Source: a virus
IMG/VR virus record: IMGVR_UViG_3300017830_000039
Length of the DNA: 64,000 nt
Reading direction: 5' to 3' (one strand)
The notes below the pieces were generated by a model. The model was not told where the DNA came from, did not search any database, and saw nothing but the letters and a program-made list of their open reading frames with translations. This document shows positions 25,618 to 35,755 of this stretch, piece by piece (position 1 is the first letter of the stretch; the number at the start of each line of letters is the position of its first letter). The position numbers and the translations under genes are program-made.

Positions 25618-28600
25618 ATGCCCCTCAAGGTGAACATCAAGCGCAAGGATGCGAAATTCAAGGGCGACAAGCCGCGATACAATGCCGTGGTGTCTGGCCC
25701 CCGCGAGACCTTCACCCCTGCCCTGTGCCGTGCGCTGGAGATCCAGGGCCTGGCGCCGATGATGGATGAGGGTGGCCTGGTCGTCTGGAGCTCTATGCCC
25801 CAGATCGGGGGTCCGCCGTTCTACCTGGCACATCTTCTAGCGCATAAGCACAATGCGATGATCCATCCGAACTGCCGCCGTCAGGCCGTGGAGGTCGTCT
25901 CCAAACGGGAGGCGCGGGACGGGATCGACCACATCCTGGGGGCCCAGGGCGCCCTGCCCGCGGGGCGCATGGCGCTGCAGGTCATTGCGTCGAAAACCGA
26001 CTTCGCCGTGAACTGCGACGAGAACGACGATCAGCGTCGCGAATTTCTCGAAGCGGCCGGCTGGCTGCCCATCAAGAACATGAATCCGCGGATCGCTGAA
26101 AAACTGGGCACTCAGCCCTATCGCACGCGGGATCCGTTCATCGCCTCGAACCTGGAGCCGTTCATGTCTCCGGGAGCGAAAAAGCTGATGAAGGAAAAGA
26201 TCGCCGCGGCCGGCAAGTTCATCCGGGATTCCAAGAGCCACACGGCCGAGGGGGCCATGGATGTGCCGGCACCCGAGGGTCTCGGCTTTTTCCCGTTTCA
26301 GCGCAAGGGGATCACCATGGCGGTGGAATCCCCTGGTGGGGCGCTGATCGCGGACGATATGGGGCTCGGTAAAAGCTTGCCGCTTGACGCAAGAGTTCTG
26401 ACACCGGCAGGCTGGACTACGATGGGTGAGATCAGACTTGGCGATGAAGTCATCGGTTCCAGCGGTAAGCCAACCAAGGTCACGGGTGTCTATCCACAAG
26501 GGGATCTCGAGATCTTCCGCGTCACCTTTTCGGATGGCGCGACCGTCGAGTGCTGCGACCAGCATCTCTGGGCTGTAAACACGCCGGTGCGGAAGCGCCG
26601 CGGTAATCCTTGGCAGGTCAAACCGCTCAGTGAGATTCGTGCAGATCTTCACGATGCAGCCGGGAACCGGAAGCACTACATTCCAATGGTTTCACCTGTA
26701 GAATTTGACGAAAAAGCCCTGCCAATCGATCCCTACATTCTTGGCGTTCTTTTGGGGGACGGGGGTATCAAGTCGCATTGCGTCCGCATCTCATCCGTGG
26801 ATGAGCAGATCCTCGATCATGTAAGAGCAGCCCTCCCTGAAAGCCTCTCACTCCGCCATGTAACGAACTGCGACTACGCAATCTCCTCGGAAAGAGCCGG
26901 CGCGCCGAATGAAATCCGGCGGGCACTCGCTGATATGGGGCTGGCCGGGCTCGGCAGTGACGACAAGTTCGTGCCGAACGAATACTTGGTCTCGTCGGTG
27001 AGGCAACGGGTTTCGCTTCTGCAGGGCCTCATGGACACAGACGGCTTCATCTCGAAAACTGGTACTGTCCAGTTCTCCTCGAACTCACGCAAGCTATCGG
27101 ATCACGTATCAGAGATCGTGATGTCTCTCGGAGGGTGCGCGCGTCGCAGCTCCAAGGTGAGCGCAAGCGGCAAGGATCACCACTTCGTCACGATCTCGAT
27201 GCCAAATGGCATTTGTCCGTTCCGCCTTCAGCGGAAAGTCGATCGACATGAGGATAGAGTGAAATATCACCCTGCGCGCGGTTTCGCATCAGTAGAAGCC
27301 GTGGGCGTAAAAGCCGCTCAGTGCATCCGTGTTGCAGCTGACGACCACCTCTTTGTGACCGACGACTACATCCTGACCCACAACACGATGCAGGGCATCG
27401 GCGTCATCAACGCCCTGCCCGAAGCGAAGCGTATCTTGGTGATCAGCCAGGCCAACATGCGCATCAAGTGGGGCCAGGAAATCGAGAAGTGGAAGATCGA
27501 TCCAGAGCAGACCGTGGGTGTCGCCGAGAGCTCGAACTTCCCCGAGACCGATGTCTGCGTCATCAACTACGACATTCTCTCCAAGAACCTCGACGCCATG
27601 CATGCGGTCGAATGGGACCTCATCATCTGCGATGAGGCCCACAACATGAAGAACCCCGAGGCCCAGCGGACCCAGGCGGTTCTTGGTGACCTCCTCGATG
27701 CCGACGGAGCAAAGCCGCTTCCGCTCGCAAAGGGTGGCAAGGTGGTTCACCTCACCGGGACACCCAAGCCCAACCGGATCGACGAGCTCTGGCCGCTGAT
27801 TTCCTCAACGCGCCCCGACATCTGGGGTTCGGGCCCGGAGGACTTCCAGATCTTCCGCAACCGCTACTGCCCGCCGGTGCTGATCAAGAAGAAGATGCCG
27901 TCGAAGTTCAAGGGGCGGGAAGGGCGCGAGATCATCATCCCGATGCCCGGCAAGCCGATCCGCGAGACCGAGCTGCACCTGCGCCTGCGCGGCTCGGGTT
28001 CCTTTGTGCGTCGCATGAAGCGCGACAACCCTGACCTGCCGCCCAAGTTCCGCACGCCCCTCGACATCCCCGTGCGGCTGTCGAAGGAGGAGAAGGAAGC
28101 GCTGCGCAGCGTCGAATTCGATCTTCAGGAAATGCTGGCCAAGACCCGCGGTGGGGCCGTCCGCGAAGGTGAGACCACCCTGGCCGGGGCGGTGATCAGC
28201 CAGATCACGAAGATGAACCCGGACACGCCGGCCTTCCACGAGATGGCGCGGGTCCGCCGCAACCTCGGTCTGATCAAGGCGCCCCACTGCGCAAAGTTCA
28301 TCCTCGACGAACTGGAGGCAGAAAAGGAGTTCGCGCCGGAGAACCGGACCAAGACCGTGGTCTTCGCCCACCACAAGGATGTCATCAAGGTCATCCATGC
28401 CGAGGCCGAGAAGCGCATGAAGGGCGCCTTCCTTGTCTATGACGGCTCCGTGGGCTCTGCGAAAAAGAAACAGGACCTCGTCGACAGGTTCCAGACCGAC
28501 GACAAGATCCGCGGGATGATCATCTCGCTCTCGGGCAACTCGGGAATCACCCTGACCCAGTCGGCGCGGATGCGTGTGGTCGAGCCGGACTGGTCTCCGT

Positions 28601-28908
28601 CCAACATGATCCAGATCGAGGATCGCATCTGGCGCATCGGTCAGGAGAAGAACGTCGATATCGGCTACATGTCGGTCGCAGGCACGCTTGATGCGCGCAT
28701 CGGGATGGCGATTGCGGCCAAAATGGAAACAGACGAGCGCAGTATCAATTCGATATCCTTCCAGCATAAAGCCCCTAGCCAAATGGTTAGGGAAAATGTA
28801 AATGACGGATCAAGTTCGGTTCCGGTGGGGGAGCGGGACGAGGTGACCAACGAGAATGATGGAGAGAAGGAGCGGGAGGCTCAGACCGCCTTGCCGCTCT
28901 TCGAGTGA
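25618..28908 (+). CDS. SNF2/SWI2-family helicase containing an intein
   Basis: ADDMGLGK/T Walker A split by the intein; CDEAH, LTGTP, VVFAHH, GITLT and QIEDRIWRIGQ motifs; AGGAG RBS. Confidence 0.93.
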   Translation: MPLKVNIKRKDAKFKGDKPRYNAVVSGPRETFTPALCRALEIQGLAPMMDEGGLVVWSSMPQIGGPPFYLAHLLAHKHNAMIHPNCRRQAVEVVSKREARDGIDHILGAQGALPAGRMALQVIASKTDFAVNCDENDDQRREFLEAAGWLPIKNMNPRIAEKLGTQPYRTRDPFIASNLEPFMSPGAKKLMKEKIAAAGKFIRDSKSHTAEGAMDVPAPEGLGFFPFQRKGITMAVESPGGALIADDMGLGKSLPLDARVLTPAGWTTMGEIRLGDEVIGSSGKPTKVTGVYPQGDLEIFRVTFSDGATVECCDQHLWAVNTPVRKRRGNPWQVKPLSEIRADLHDAAGNRKHYIPMVSPVEFDEKALPIDPYILGVLLGDGGIKSHCVRISSVDEQILDHVRAALPESLSLRHVTNCDYAISSERAGAPNEIRRALADMGLAGLGSDDKFVPNEYLVSSVRQRVSLLQGLMDTDGFISKTGTVQFSSNSRKLSDHVSEIVMSLGGCARRSSKVSASGKDHHFVTISMPNGICPFRLQRKVDRHEDRVKYHPARGFASVEAVGVKAAQCIRVAADDHLFVTDDYILTHNTMQGIGVINALPEAKRILVISQANMRIKWGQEIEKWKIDPEQTVGVAESSNFPETDVCVINYDILSKNLDAMHAVEWDLIICDEAHNMKNPEAQRTQAVLGDLLDADGAKPLPLAKGGKVVHLTGTPKPNRIDELWPLISSTRPDIWGSGPEDFQIFRNRYCPPVLIKKKMPSKFKGREGREIIIPMPGKPIRETELHLRLRGSGSFVRRMKRDNPDLPPKFRTPLDIPVRLSKEEKEALRSVEFDLQEMLAKTRGGAVREGETTLAGAVISQITKMNPDTPAFHEMARVRRNLGLIKAPHCAKFILDELEAEKEFAPENRTKTVVFAHHKDVIKVIHAEAEKRMKGAFLVYDGSVGSAKKKQDLVDRFQTDDKIRGMIISLSGNSGITLTQSARMRVVEPDWSPSNMIQIEDRIWRIGQEKNVDIGYMSVAGTLDARIGMAIAAKMETDERSINSISFQHKAPSQMVRENVNDGSSSVPVGERDEVTNENDGEKEREAQTALPLFE
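26374..27384 (+). mobile_element. 337-aa intein with LAGLIDADG homing endonuclease
   Basis: GLGK|SLPLDARV...CCDQHLW...LGVLLGDG...LQGLMDTDG...AQCIRV...YILTHN|TMQ. Codon usage is visibly more AT-rich than the flanks. Confidence 0.95.
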
Positions 28909-28912
28909 CAGT

Positions 28913-29458
28913 ATGATGAAGACGACCATGGCGATTGCGGATGACCTCGAGTTCGAGGACATCGAAGACGGATACATGACCTTGGGCCCCCTGAAGGGGA
29001 AAACCCTTTCCGAGGTCGAGCGAAAAATGAAAAAACATGGAGTTTTCGCATTCAGCCAGGACTGCACTGTCATGCAGGACGTCCGCGGCGGCGGGGATCT
29101 TCACCTGACGGTCATCTCCGATGTGGTCACCGGTTATCTTCTCGACGAAGACAATGCCGAGGCGCCCAGCAGTGATGTCGAAGCCTTCTTCCTCGACCTT
29201 CTGGGGCCCGATGAGGAAGTCATCCTCGAGGGCAGCTATCCCGATGGCTGTGGTGGCATGATCATCAACCAGGCCCGCTACCGCAGAGTCGGCGTCGAGG
29301 TGCTCGCGGATATCGATCGCAACCGTTTCGATGCGGAAGGGAAGCGCACTGAGCTCTGTTCGATCATCGATCTGCACGAGCATGAGATTGCAGCACATTC
29401 GGCCTGCAGCGGCAACGTGGTCTGTCTCGGAAGCTTCCGCAGGCAAAGGGCGGCATAA
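28913..29458 (+). CDS. Hypothetical protein
   Basis: Packed between the helicase and the next gene; start uncertain (28913 or 28928). Confidence 0.68.
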   Translation: MMKTTMAIADDLEFEDIEDGYMTLGPLKGKTLSEVERKMKKHGVFAFSQDCTVMQDVRGGGDLHLTVISDVVTGYLLDEDNAEAPSSDVEAFFLDLLGPDEEVILEGSYPDGCGGMIINQARYRRVGVEVLADIDRNRFDAEGKRTELCSIIDLHEHEIAAHSACSGNVVCLGSFRRQRAA

Positions 29459-29461
29459 CCC

Positions 29462-30985
29462 ATGTTCGACGGCTTCAGATCCATCGAAGATGCCCTGCAT
29501 ATCCTTGCAGGTCGCCTCAAGGGCGCTGAGATCGCGCGCCGGATGCAAGCCGTCAAGGAAATCAAGGCCCGGCTTGATCCGCCGGCCCAGAAGCATGGCA
29601 TCGAAAAACTCCGTGGCCTGGCCGAGACCATCTTCGGCCAGGACGAAGAGCTCTACGAGCTGAAGCCCGGCGCCGACTTCGTGGAGGCGCTGTCAGGGAT
29701 CGCACATGAGGCGCAAGCAGGGCCGGACAAGCAGGCCTACAGGGATCTCCTGGGCGAGTTCATCCATGATCTCGGTCTTCTCGGTGCTGTTGCGAAAAAC
29801 ACGGCAACACGAGAAACGGCAAGACAGCCCGAGGCGTACGCGGACATCGATGTCGACCCGGCAGGCCCGTCTGCCGCGGACCCGGATCTTGCGGAGAACC
29901 CGTTCCCTCCCTCCGAAAACCCGGCGGCCTTCCTTGAGGACGATTCGACAGCCGTGTCGGCGCCGGAGATGGAAGCGGAATCACCGGAGTATCAAAATGA
30001 TACAGCGGCAAATGTGGCAGGACGCCAGAATGCCGCCACAGCAAGGCCTGAACAATCAGACGCAACCGCCACAGATGTGACACCCTCGCCTTCCTCGGTT
30101 TCCGGTTCGGAAACGGTGGAAGAGGCGACCTGGGATCCGCTCGAGGATTATGCGGGAACACCGATCGTGACCGGCTGGGAAGGTGCTTCTGGTTCTGGCG
30201 GTGCGCGCATTGCCTCAGGCGAGTTGATGAAGCTGCCAGGGATCCTGCCGCCACCGCCTGCAGGCGGATCCGGCGCCACATACGCCCAATGGCTCGAAGG
30301 CGAGATCTGGCACCCGTTCAGCTTCACCTTGAAACTTCACCTGGGCGAATATGACAGTGCCGACGACCTGATCGAGATGCTCTCGGAATTCCATGCGCTC
30401 CCCGAAGCCGCTTGCCAGACATATGGGGCAAGGAGTCCTGCCGATCCCGAAGCCTCTCGCGAGACGGCGATGCAAATCTTCCATGCGGGCAAGGATCTCG
30501 GATTCCAGGGTCATACGGTCGACATGGCTGCCCGCGAGCTCTCCAGGGCGGTGATGCGCCATTTCGAGGAGCGTGAACCCCGCGGCGCGGAGTTCCTGAC
30601 ACGGGTGGGGGTCGACATGCGCTGCGACCCGCAGCTTGCCATCATCCTGGCCAAGGCCCTCGACATCGAGAAGTTCTTCATCGAGACCGGACCGCGCGGG
30701 GCAGGGGAAGGCCGCATGCACGACATCCGCGGATCGATCGGCTCCGATTGCCGGCTCGACGTCCCCCATGTCCTCGACCGGGCCGTCTTCCTGCATTTCA
30801 CGTCCGGAGTCGCCCTGGCCGACAGCATCGTCGAGACGGTGACCGAACTGCGTCATGCGCAGCTGTGCCGGCATCTCGGCCGGGAGATCACGACCGCGGA
30901 GTTCGATACGGCCTTCGCCCGGGACTGGTTCCTCGAGCTCGACGAGTTCGACTTCGATCAGGAGCGTAGCCCGATGCCGGCCTGA
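29462..30985 (+). CDS. Hypothetical protein with a central low-complexity acidic linker
   Basis: 507-aa ORF starting 3 nt after the upstream stop. Confidence 0.72.
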   Translation: MFDGFRSIEDALHILAGRLKGAEIARRMQAVKEIKARLDPPAQKHGIEKLRGLAETIFGQDEELYELKPGADFVEALSGIAHEAQAGPDKQAYRDLLGEFIHDLGLLGAVAKNTATRETARQPEAYADIDVDPAGPSAADPDLAENPFPPSENPAAFLEDDSTAVSAPEMEAESPEYQNDTAANVAGRQNAATARPEQSDATATDVTPSPSSVSGSETVEEATWDPLEDYAGTPIVTGWEGASGSGGARIASGELMKLPGILPPPPAGGSGATYAQWLEGEIWHPFSFTLKLHLGEYDSADDLIEMLSEFHALPEAACQTYGARSPADPEASRETAMQIFHAGKDLGFQGHTVDMAARELSRAVMRHFEEREPRGAEFLTRVGVDMRCDPQLAIILAKALDIEKFFIETGPRGAGEGRMHDIRGSIGSDCRLDVPHVLDRAVFLHFTSGVALADSIVETVTELRHAQLCRHLGREITTAEFDTAFARDWFLELDEFDFDQERSPMPA

Positions 30986-31095
30986 CCGGGCCCCGACTGC
31001 CGATTTTCAGCGTCCAAAGGTAGACGTAGAGAGATCAGGCATAAATATTGCGAAAAAGCGTGCCGTAAACACGACCTACAAGGAAAACAGACCAC

Positions 31096-33675
31096 ATGCC
31101 AAAGTCCGTCGTCATTTGCGAAAAAGCCAGTCAGGCGAAAGACATCAAGACCGCCCTCGGATCGAAATACGGCCCCGTCCTACCGGCCCGGGGTCACATC
31201 CTGACCCTGAAGGAGCCCGACGAGATCCGCGACGACTGGAAGGAGTGGAGCGCCGAGCTGCTCTGGCCGGGCCAGTTCTACCCCAAGAAGCCGGTGAAGG
31301 ATACGCAATCGCTGCTGAGCGACATCCGTCGCGCGATCGCCGATGCGGACCAGGTCATCATCGCCACCGACTGCGACCGCGAAGGTCAGCTGATCGGCGA
31401 CGAGATCCTCGATTACCTCCAGTATGACGGCCGCGTCATGCGCGCGATGTTTACGGCACAGGATCCGAAATCTCTTCGGGCCGCCTTCGCCAATCTGGAT
31501 CCCAACGAGAAATGGCGTGGCCGCTACATGGCGGGGCAAGCCCGAGAGCAGGCCGATCAGACCACGAACCTGTCGTTGACGCGAACCGCCACAGTGGCGC
31601 TGAAGGCGCCTGGCGGAAGGGGCGCGATCGGGATCGGCCGTGTGAAATCACCCGTGCTGGGCATCGTCTGCAAGCGGGAGCTGGAGATCCAGGATTTCAA
31701 GCCGCAGGACATGTTCGAGATCGATGCCACGACCGAGGTTGCCGATGGCGCGTTCCAGCTGACCTGTGCCAAGCTGCCGGCTTCCCTGGTCAAGGAAGCC
31801 GAGGCCGAGGCCGACGATGTCGAGGAAGACGACCTGGCCGATGGCGAGGAAGCCCTGGCAGCCGCGGACCCACTCCGCGGGAAGATCATGGATCGCCGGA
31901 TCGCCGAAGGCGTGGCCGCCGCCGCGAAGGGCCACAAGGGTCCGATCTCCGCCAAGTTCGAGAAGAAGCGCCAGGGTCCGCCCAAGCTCTTCGATCTCTC
32001 GGCCATGCAGGCGGCCTGTTCGTCACGCTTCGGCTGGTCGGGTGAACAGACCCTCAACGTGGCCCAGTCGCTCTACGCCTCTCCCCATCACATCCTGACC
32101 TACCCGCGCGGCGAGGCCCAGTACCTTCCCGAGAACGACATTCCGAACGTGCCGCAGCTCGTCTCGGCCCTGCTGCGGGTAGATGCGTTCGGCGGCCATG
32201 CCGACCTCCTGGCCAAGCCCCAGGTGCGCAAGGGCAAGTCGGGGCACTTCTCCGACAAGGCGCTGGAAGGGTTCTCGCACTACGCCGTGATCCCAAATAT
32301 CAACGCGCCCCAGCCGTTCCACCAGGTCTGGCCGAAGTTGAACGCCGATCAGCGCAAGCTCTTCGATCTCGTGTCGAAGCAATACCTCGCCGCCATGGCG
32401 CCGGACTTCGAATACCGCCAGACCACCGTGGAGACCAAGGTGCCCTGGAAGGGGCATGAGTGGTCCTTCCGGAATTCCGGCCGCGTGCCCCTCGTTCTCG
32501 GTTGGAAGGAAATCCTCGGATCGGGCGGCCCGCAGGCCGGCAATGACGACTTCCCGCAGATGAAGAATGGCGAGAGCGCAGAGATCGTCGATGCCAAACT
32601 CCGGACCGTGACCACGCGCCCGCCGGCGCGGTACACGGAAGGTGCGCTGATCAAGGTCATGAAGGAGGCCTGGCGCCTGGTCGACGATCCCAAGAAGAAG
32701 GCTCGCCTGAAGGAAGCAACCGGGATCGGTACCGCGGCGACCCGGGGCGACGTGCTCGCAGGTCTCTTCAAGCAGGGCCAGCTCACCAAGGCCGGCAAGA
32801 GCATCAAGCCGACACCTGGCGGTCTGCAGCTCTACAAGACCCTGGTCGAGGCCTGCCCGAACGTGGTCGATCCCGGCCGGACGGCCGTCTGGGAGACGAT
32901 CTTCGACATGGTCGAGGCGGGCAAGATGACCGCGCAGGACGCCGTCACCCGGATCAACGACATGACGGTAAAGGAGATCGAGAAGATCCGCGCCGCCACG
33001 GTGAAGATCGAGATCGGCGGGAAATCCAAGCCGACGACCAAGATGGTCCAGGCTGCGAAAAAGATTGCCGAGCGCAAGGATATGAAGCTGCCAGCGGGCG
33101 TGATCTCCGACAGCGCCAAGTGCCGCGCCTTCCTCGACGAGCATCTGGGCAACCGCCCCAAGAATGAGGATGGCTCTTCGGCGCCCTATCCGCCGTCGGA
33201 GAGGCAGATCGCCATGGCCGAGAGCCTGGCCGAACGGACCGGCAGCGACATTCCCGAGGAGGCGATGACGTCTTCCAAGGAGCTGAGCGCCTGGATCGAC
33301 AAGGCCATGAAGAAGGCACCGCCACGGCCGCCATCCGAAAAGCAGCTCGCCCTGGCCGAGCGTCTCGCCGAAGAGCGGGGCATCGAGCTCACCGAGAAGA
33401 TGACGAAGGACATGAAGGCCTGCTCGGCATTCATCGACGAGCATATGGGCGGCGGAAAAGGCAAGGGTGCTAAGGGTGGTGCCAGGGGCAGCCGGAAGGG
33501 GTCGGGCGGCATGGCCGGACGGCCGCCGTCGGAGAAGCAGGTCGCCCTGGCCGACAAGCTGGCCTCGGAAAACGGGATCGACCTGCCCGACGAGGCCCGC
33601 AACGACATGAAGGAATGCTCTGCCTTCATCGACGAGTACATGGGCAAGTCGCGCAGCGAGATGAGCCCGGGCTGA
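31096..33675 (+). CDS. topB: Type IA DNA topoisomerase (Topo III-like) with four C-terminal repeats
   Basis: ICEK-x-SQA, ATDCDREG, GRVKSP, TYPR (catalytic Tyr), H-x-AVIP and GIGTAATR motifs. Confidence 0.92.
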   Translation: MPKSVVICEKASQAKDIKTALGSKYGPVLPARGHILTLKEPDEIRDDWKEWSAELLWPGQFYPKKPVKDTQSLLSDIRRAIADADQVIIATDCDREGQLIGDEILDYLQYDGRVMRAMFTAQDPKSLRAAFANLDPNEKWRGRYMAGQAREQADQTTNLSLTRTATVALKAPGGRGAIGIGRVKSPVLGIVCKRELEIQDFKPQDMFEIDATTEVADGAFQLTCAKLPASLVKEAEAEADDVEEDDLADGEEALAAADPLRGKIMDRRIAEGVAAAAKGHKGPISAKFEKKRQGPPKLFDLSAMQAACSSRFGWSGEQTLNVAQSLYASPHHILTYPRGEAQYLPENDIPNVPQLVSALLRVDAFGGHADLLAKPQVRKGKSGHFSDKALEGFSHYAVIPNINAPQPFHQVWPKLNADQRKLFDLVSKQYLAAMAPDFEYRQTTVETKVPWKGHEWSFRNSGRVPLVLGWKEILGSGGPQAGNDDFPQMKNGESAEIVDAKLRTVTTRPPARYTEGALIKVMKEAWRLVDDPKKKARLKEATGIGTAATRGDVLAGLFKQGQLTKAGKSIKPTPGGLQLYKTLVEACPNVVDPGRTAVWETIFDMVEAGKMTAQDAVTRINDMTVKEIEKIRAATVKIEIGGKSKPTTKMVQAAKKIAERKDMKLPAGVISDSAKCRAFLDEHLGNRPKNEDGSSAPYPPSERQIAMAESLAERTGSDIPEEAMTSSKELSAWIDKAMKKAPPRPPSEKQLALAERLAEERGIELTEKMTKDMKACSAFIDEHMGGGKGKGAKGGARGSRKGSGGMAGRPPSEKQVALADKLASENGIDLPDEARNDMKECSAFIDEYMGKSRSEMSPG

Positions 33676-33700
33676 GGCCCTGCATGATCCAGAACGCATT

Positions 33701-33730
33701 CAGGCCCCGCAAGTGGGGCCTGTTTCGTTT
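33701..33730 (+). terminator. Rho-independent terminator
   Basis: CAGGCCCC-GCAAGT-GGGGCCTG followed by TTTCGTTT. Confidence 0.7.
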
Positions 33731-33741
33731 GTCGGGGGTAT

Positions 33742-33945
33742 TCAGAGTTCGGCGAGCTCGCGGCGCAACACGGCCAGGCGCGCCTTTAGGACCGTGTGAT
33801 CCTCGATATAACGGGCAGCCTCGTGAATCCCCTGGATCTCGCGCTGGAGGACGAAACGGGTCCATCCGCGATGCAGGCGGGCGCGCAGGCGGTCGGCGAA
33901 GCCGGCGTGGGGCAGGGGAGATGCATGGAGTGCGTGATCGGACAT
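33742..33945 (-). CDS. Small hypothetical protein
   Basis: 67-aa helical ORF with GAGG RBS. Confidence 0.55.
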   Translation of the reverse strand: MSDHALHASPLPHAGFADRLRARLHRGWTRFVLQREIQGIHEAARYIEDHTVLKARLAVLRRELAEL

Positions 33946-34203
33946 GGTGACCTCATGGGAGAAAAGATATGCGTTGATTTTCGCAGAAGATAATCCTGTG
34001 CCGAGGGGAGGAGAACGGACAGTTGGGTATGGCGGCCTTGCAGATGCTGCAACGCAGCAAGATCAAGATATCCAGAGGATGAGACGCGAAATCACAATTT
34101 GCGAAAAACGCGACTTGCGGTTTTCGCAACGCTGGCCCATTTAGATCGTGTCGCCCCGAACATCCGGGGTTGGATATCGTGAACGCAAAACAAGGAATAC
34201 GAA

Positions 34204-35568
34204 ATGAGTGACCTCCAGAAGGCCTTTGACACCTCCCGTCGCAAGCTGAGCGGCTCCACTGCCGCCGTGCGTGGCAACCTGATCTTGCGGGCCACCGAAT
34301 TCACGGCTGACACCGTGAAGGGTGAGGTTCTCACCGGCAAGGCCGCCGGCACCGAGATCGAAGTGAAATATGCTGGTACGCTGGATCAGCAGAAGTACAC
34401 CAAGAAGTCGAGCAAGTCGTTCGTCGACACGACCAAGGGCGGCACCGTCCGCATCGAAGGCGTCACCGAAGGCAAGGACGGCGTCTACAACGCGCGCTGG
34501 ATGGTCTCCTTCAACGGCAAGCCCGTCGAGGGCAAGCACAACGTCATCCCCGATGCCGTCTGCAACTACGTCGACACCGGCCGCCGTGACAACGAAGACC
34601 GCCCGAAGGTCCGCGTCAACCAGCTGATGATCGATGCCGAGCAGCACGTGAAGAGCCTCGAGGACCTGCAGTCCGCCATCGAGAAGGGCTTCGCTGACGA
34701 AGGTGCGGTGACCCTGTTCGGCGCCGACAACGATGGCAACATCATCCAGGCTCCGTTCTACCTGTCCGGCAGCATCAATGACGGCAAGTGGGTTGCGAAC
34801 GACCCGGCAGAGCGTGCCGCCGAGACCATCGAGTCCTTCGGTGACGCGATCGAGCAGGTCAAGGAAGTCCTGGGCAATGGCGGTTTCTCCGTCGTGCCGA
34901 TGCGCGGCTTCTCCGTTGGCCCGACCACCGCTGAGATGGTCGAAGCCAGCATCGAGGAAGCAGCCGAGAAGGGCGTCCGTGCGCGCATCTCCACCATCGA
35001 CCCGCAGAACTGGGTGTGCCCGACCATCGGCATGCGTCTCCAGTCGGCCCTGAACCAGAAGGGCGACGACGCGCTCCCCGAGGGCACTGCAGATCGCCTG
35101 GAAGCGGCCTTTAAGTCCTACGCGGACAAGGAAGAGACCGGCATCTTCGAGAGCAAGGGCTGGCGCGGCCTGTCGAATGACACGCTGACCAAGTTCTTCG
35201 CATCGGCTGGTGTCGAGCTGAAGAAGCACCCGTCGACCGGCTGGACCGAGCAGGCCCTGCTCGAGGACAAGCTGGACGGCATGGATCGCGGCTTCATCGT
35301 CAAGGGCTTCCAGCTCAAGGCGACTGCACCTTACCCGGCGGTCGAAGCCTGTGCCGACGCGCGCGCAGCCTTCTACTCCGAGATGAAGGATGCGGCCGAG
35401 GCGGCTGTTGCCAACCTCCGCGCCGAAGCCGGCGCCAAGTCGGACGCACCGAAGGCAGCTACCGCAGAAGAGAAGGCCGCTCCGGCCGACGAACTGCCGG
35501 CGGATGAGGGCGACGCTCTCGACGATCTGCTGAACGACGTCGCAGACGACATGGAGCTGAACGGCTAA
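34204..35568 (+). CDS. Hypothetical protein, probably abundant, with acidic C-terminal tail
   Basis: Very strong C-ending codon bias; beta-rich N-terminus; ends DEGDALDDLLNDVADDMELNG; AAGGA RBS. Confidence 0.88.
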   Translation: MSDLQKAFDTSRRKLSGSTAAVRGNLILRATEFTADTVKGEVLTGKAAGTEIEVKYAGTLDQQKYTKKSSKSFVDTTKGGTVRIEGVTEGKDGVYNARWMVSFNGKPVEGKHNVIPDAVCNYVDTGRRDNEDRPKVRVNQLMIDAEQHVKSLEDLQSAIEKGFADEGAVTLFGADNDGNIIQAPFYLSGSINDGKWVANDPAERAAETIESFGDAIEQVKEVLGNGGFSVVPMRGFSVGPTTAEMVEASIEEAAEKGVRARISTIDPQNWVCPTIGMRLQSALNQKGDDALPEGTADRLEAAFKSYADKEETGIFESKGWRGLSNDTLTKFFASAGVELKKHPSTGWTEQALLEDKLDGMDRGFIVKGFQLKATAPYPAVEACADARAAFYSEMKDAAEAAVANLRAEAGAKSDAPKAATAEEKAAPADELPADEGDALDDLLNDVADDMELNG

Positions 35569-35590
35569 GCCGGCAGCACTTGCGAAAAAG

Positions 35591-35616
35591 AAAAGGGCCG
35601 ATTTTCAGGCCCTTTT
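35591..35616 (+). terminator. Terminator hairpin
   Basis: AAAAGGGCC-N8-GGCCCTTTT. Confidence 0.65.
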
Positions 35617-35755
35617 GCATTTCTGCCCCTCTCCGCCGCCTGGGCCCGTGTCGGCAAGGATCTCAGGAAATCCGCCCTTCAGTCGTTTGGAATTTTCGCA
35701 CGGCTGACAGAAATTGGGATCAAGACAGACAGGTATACGAGACGGGGATTCTCAC

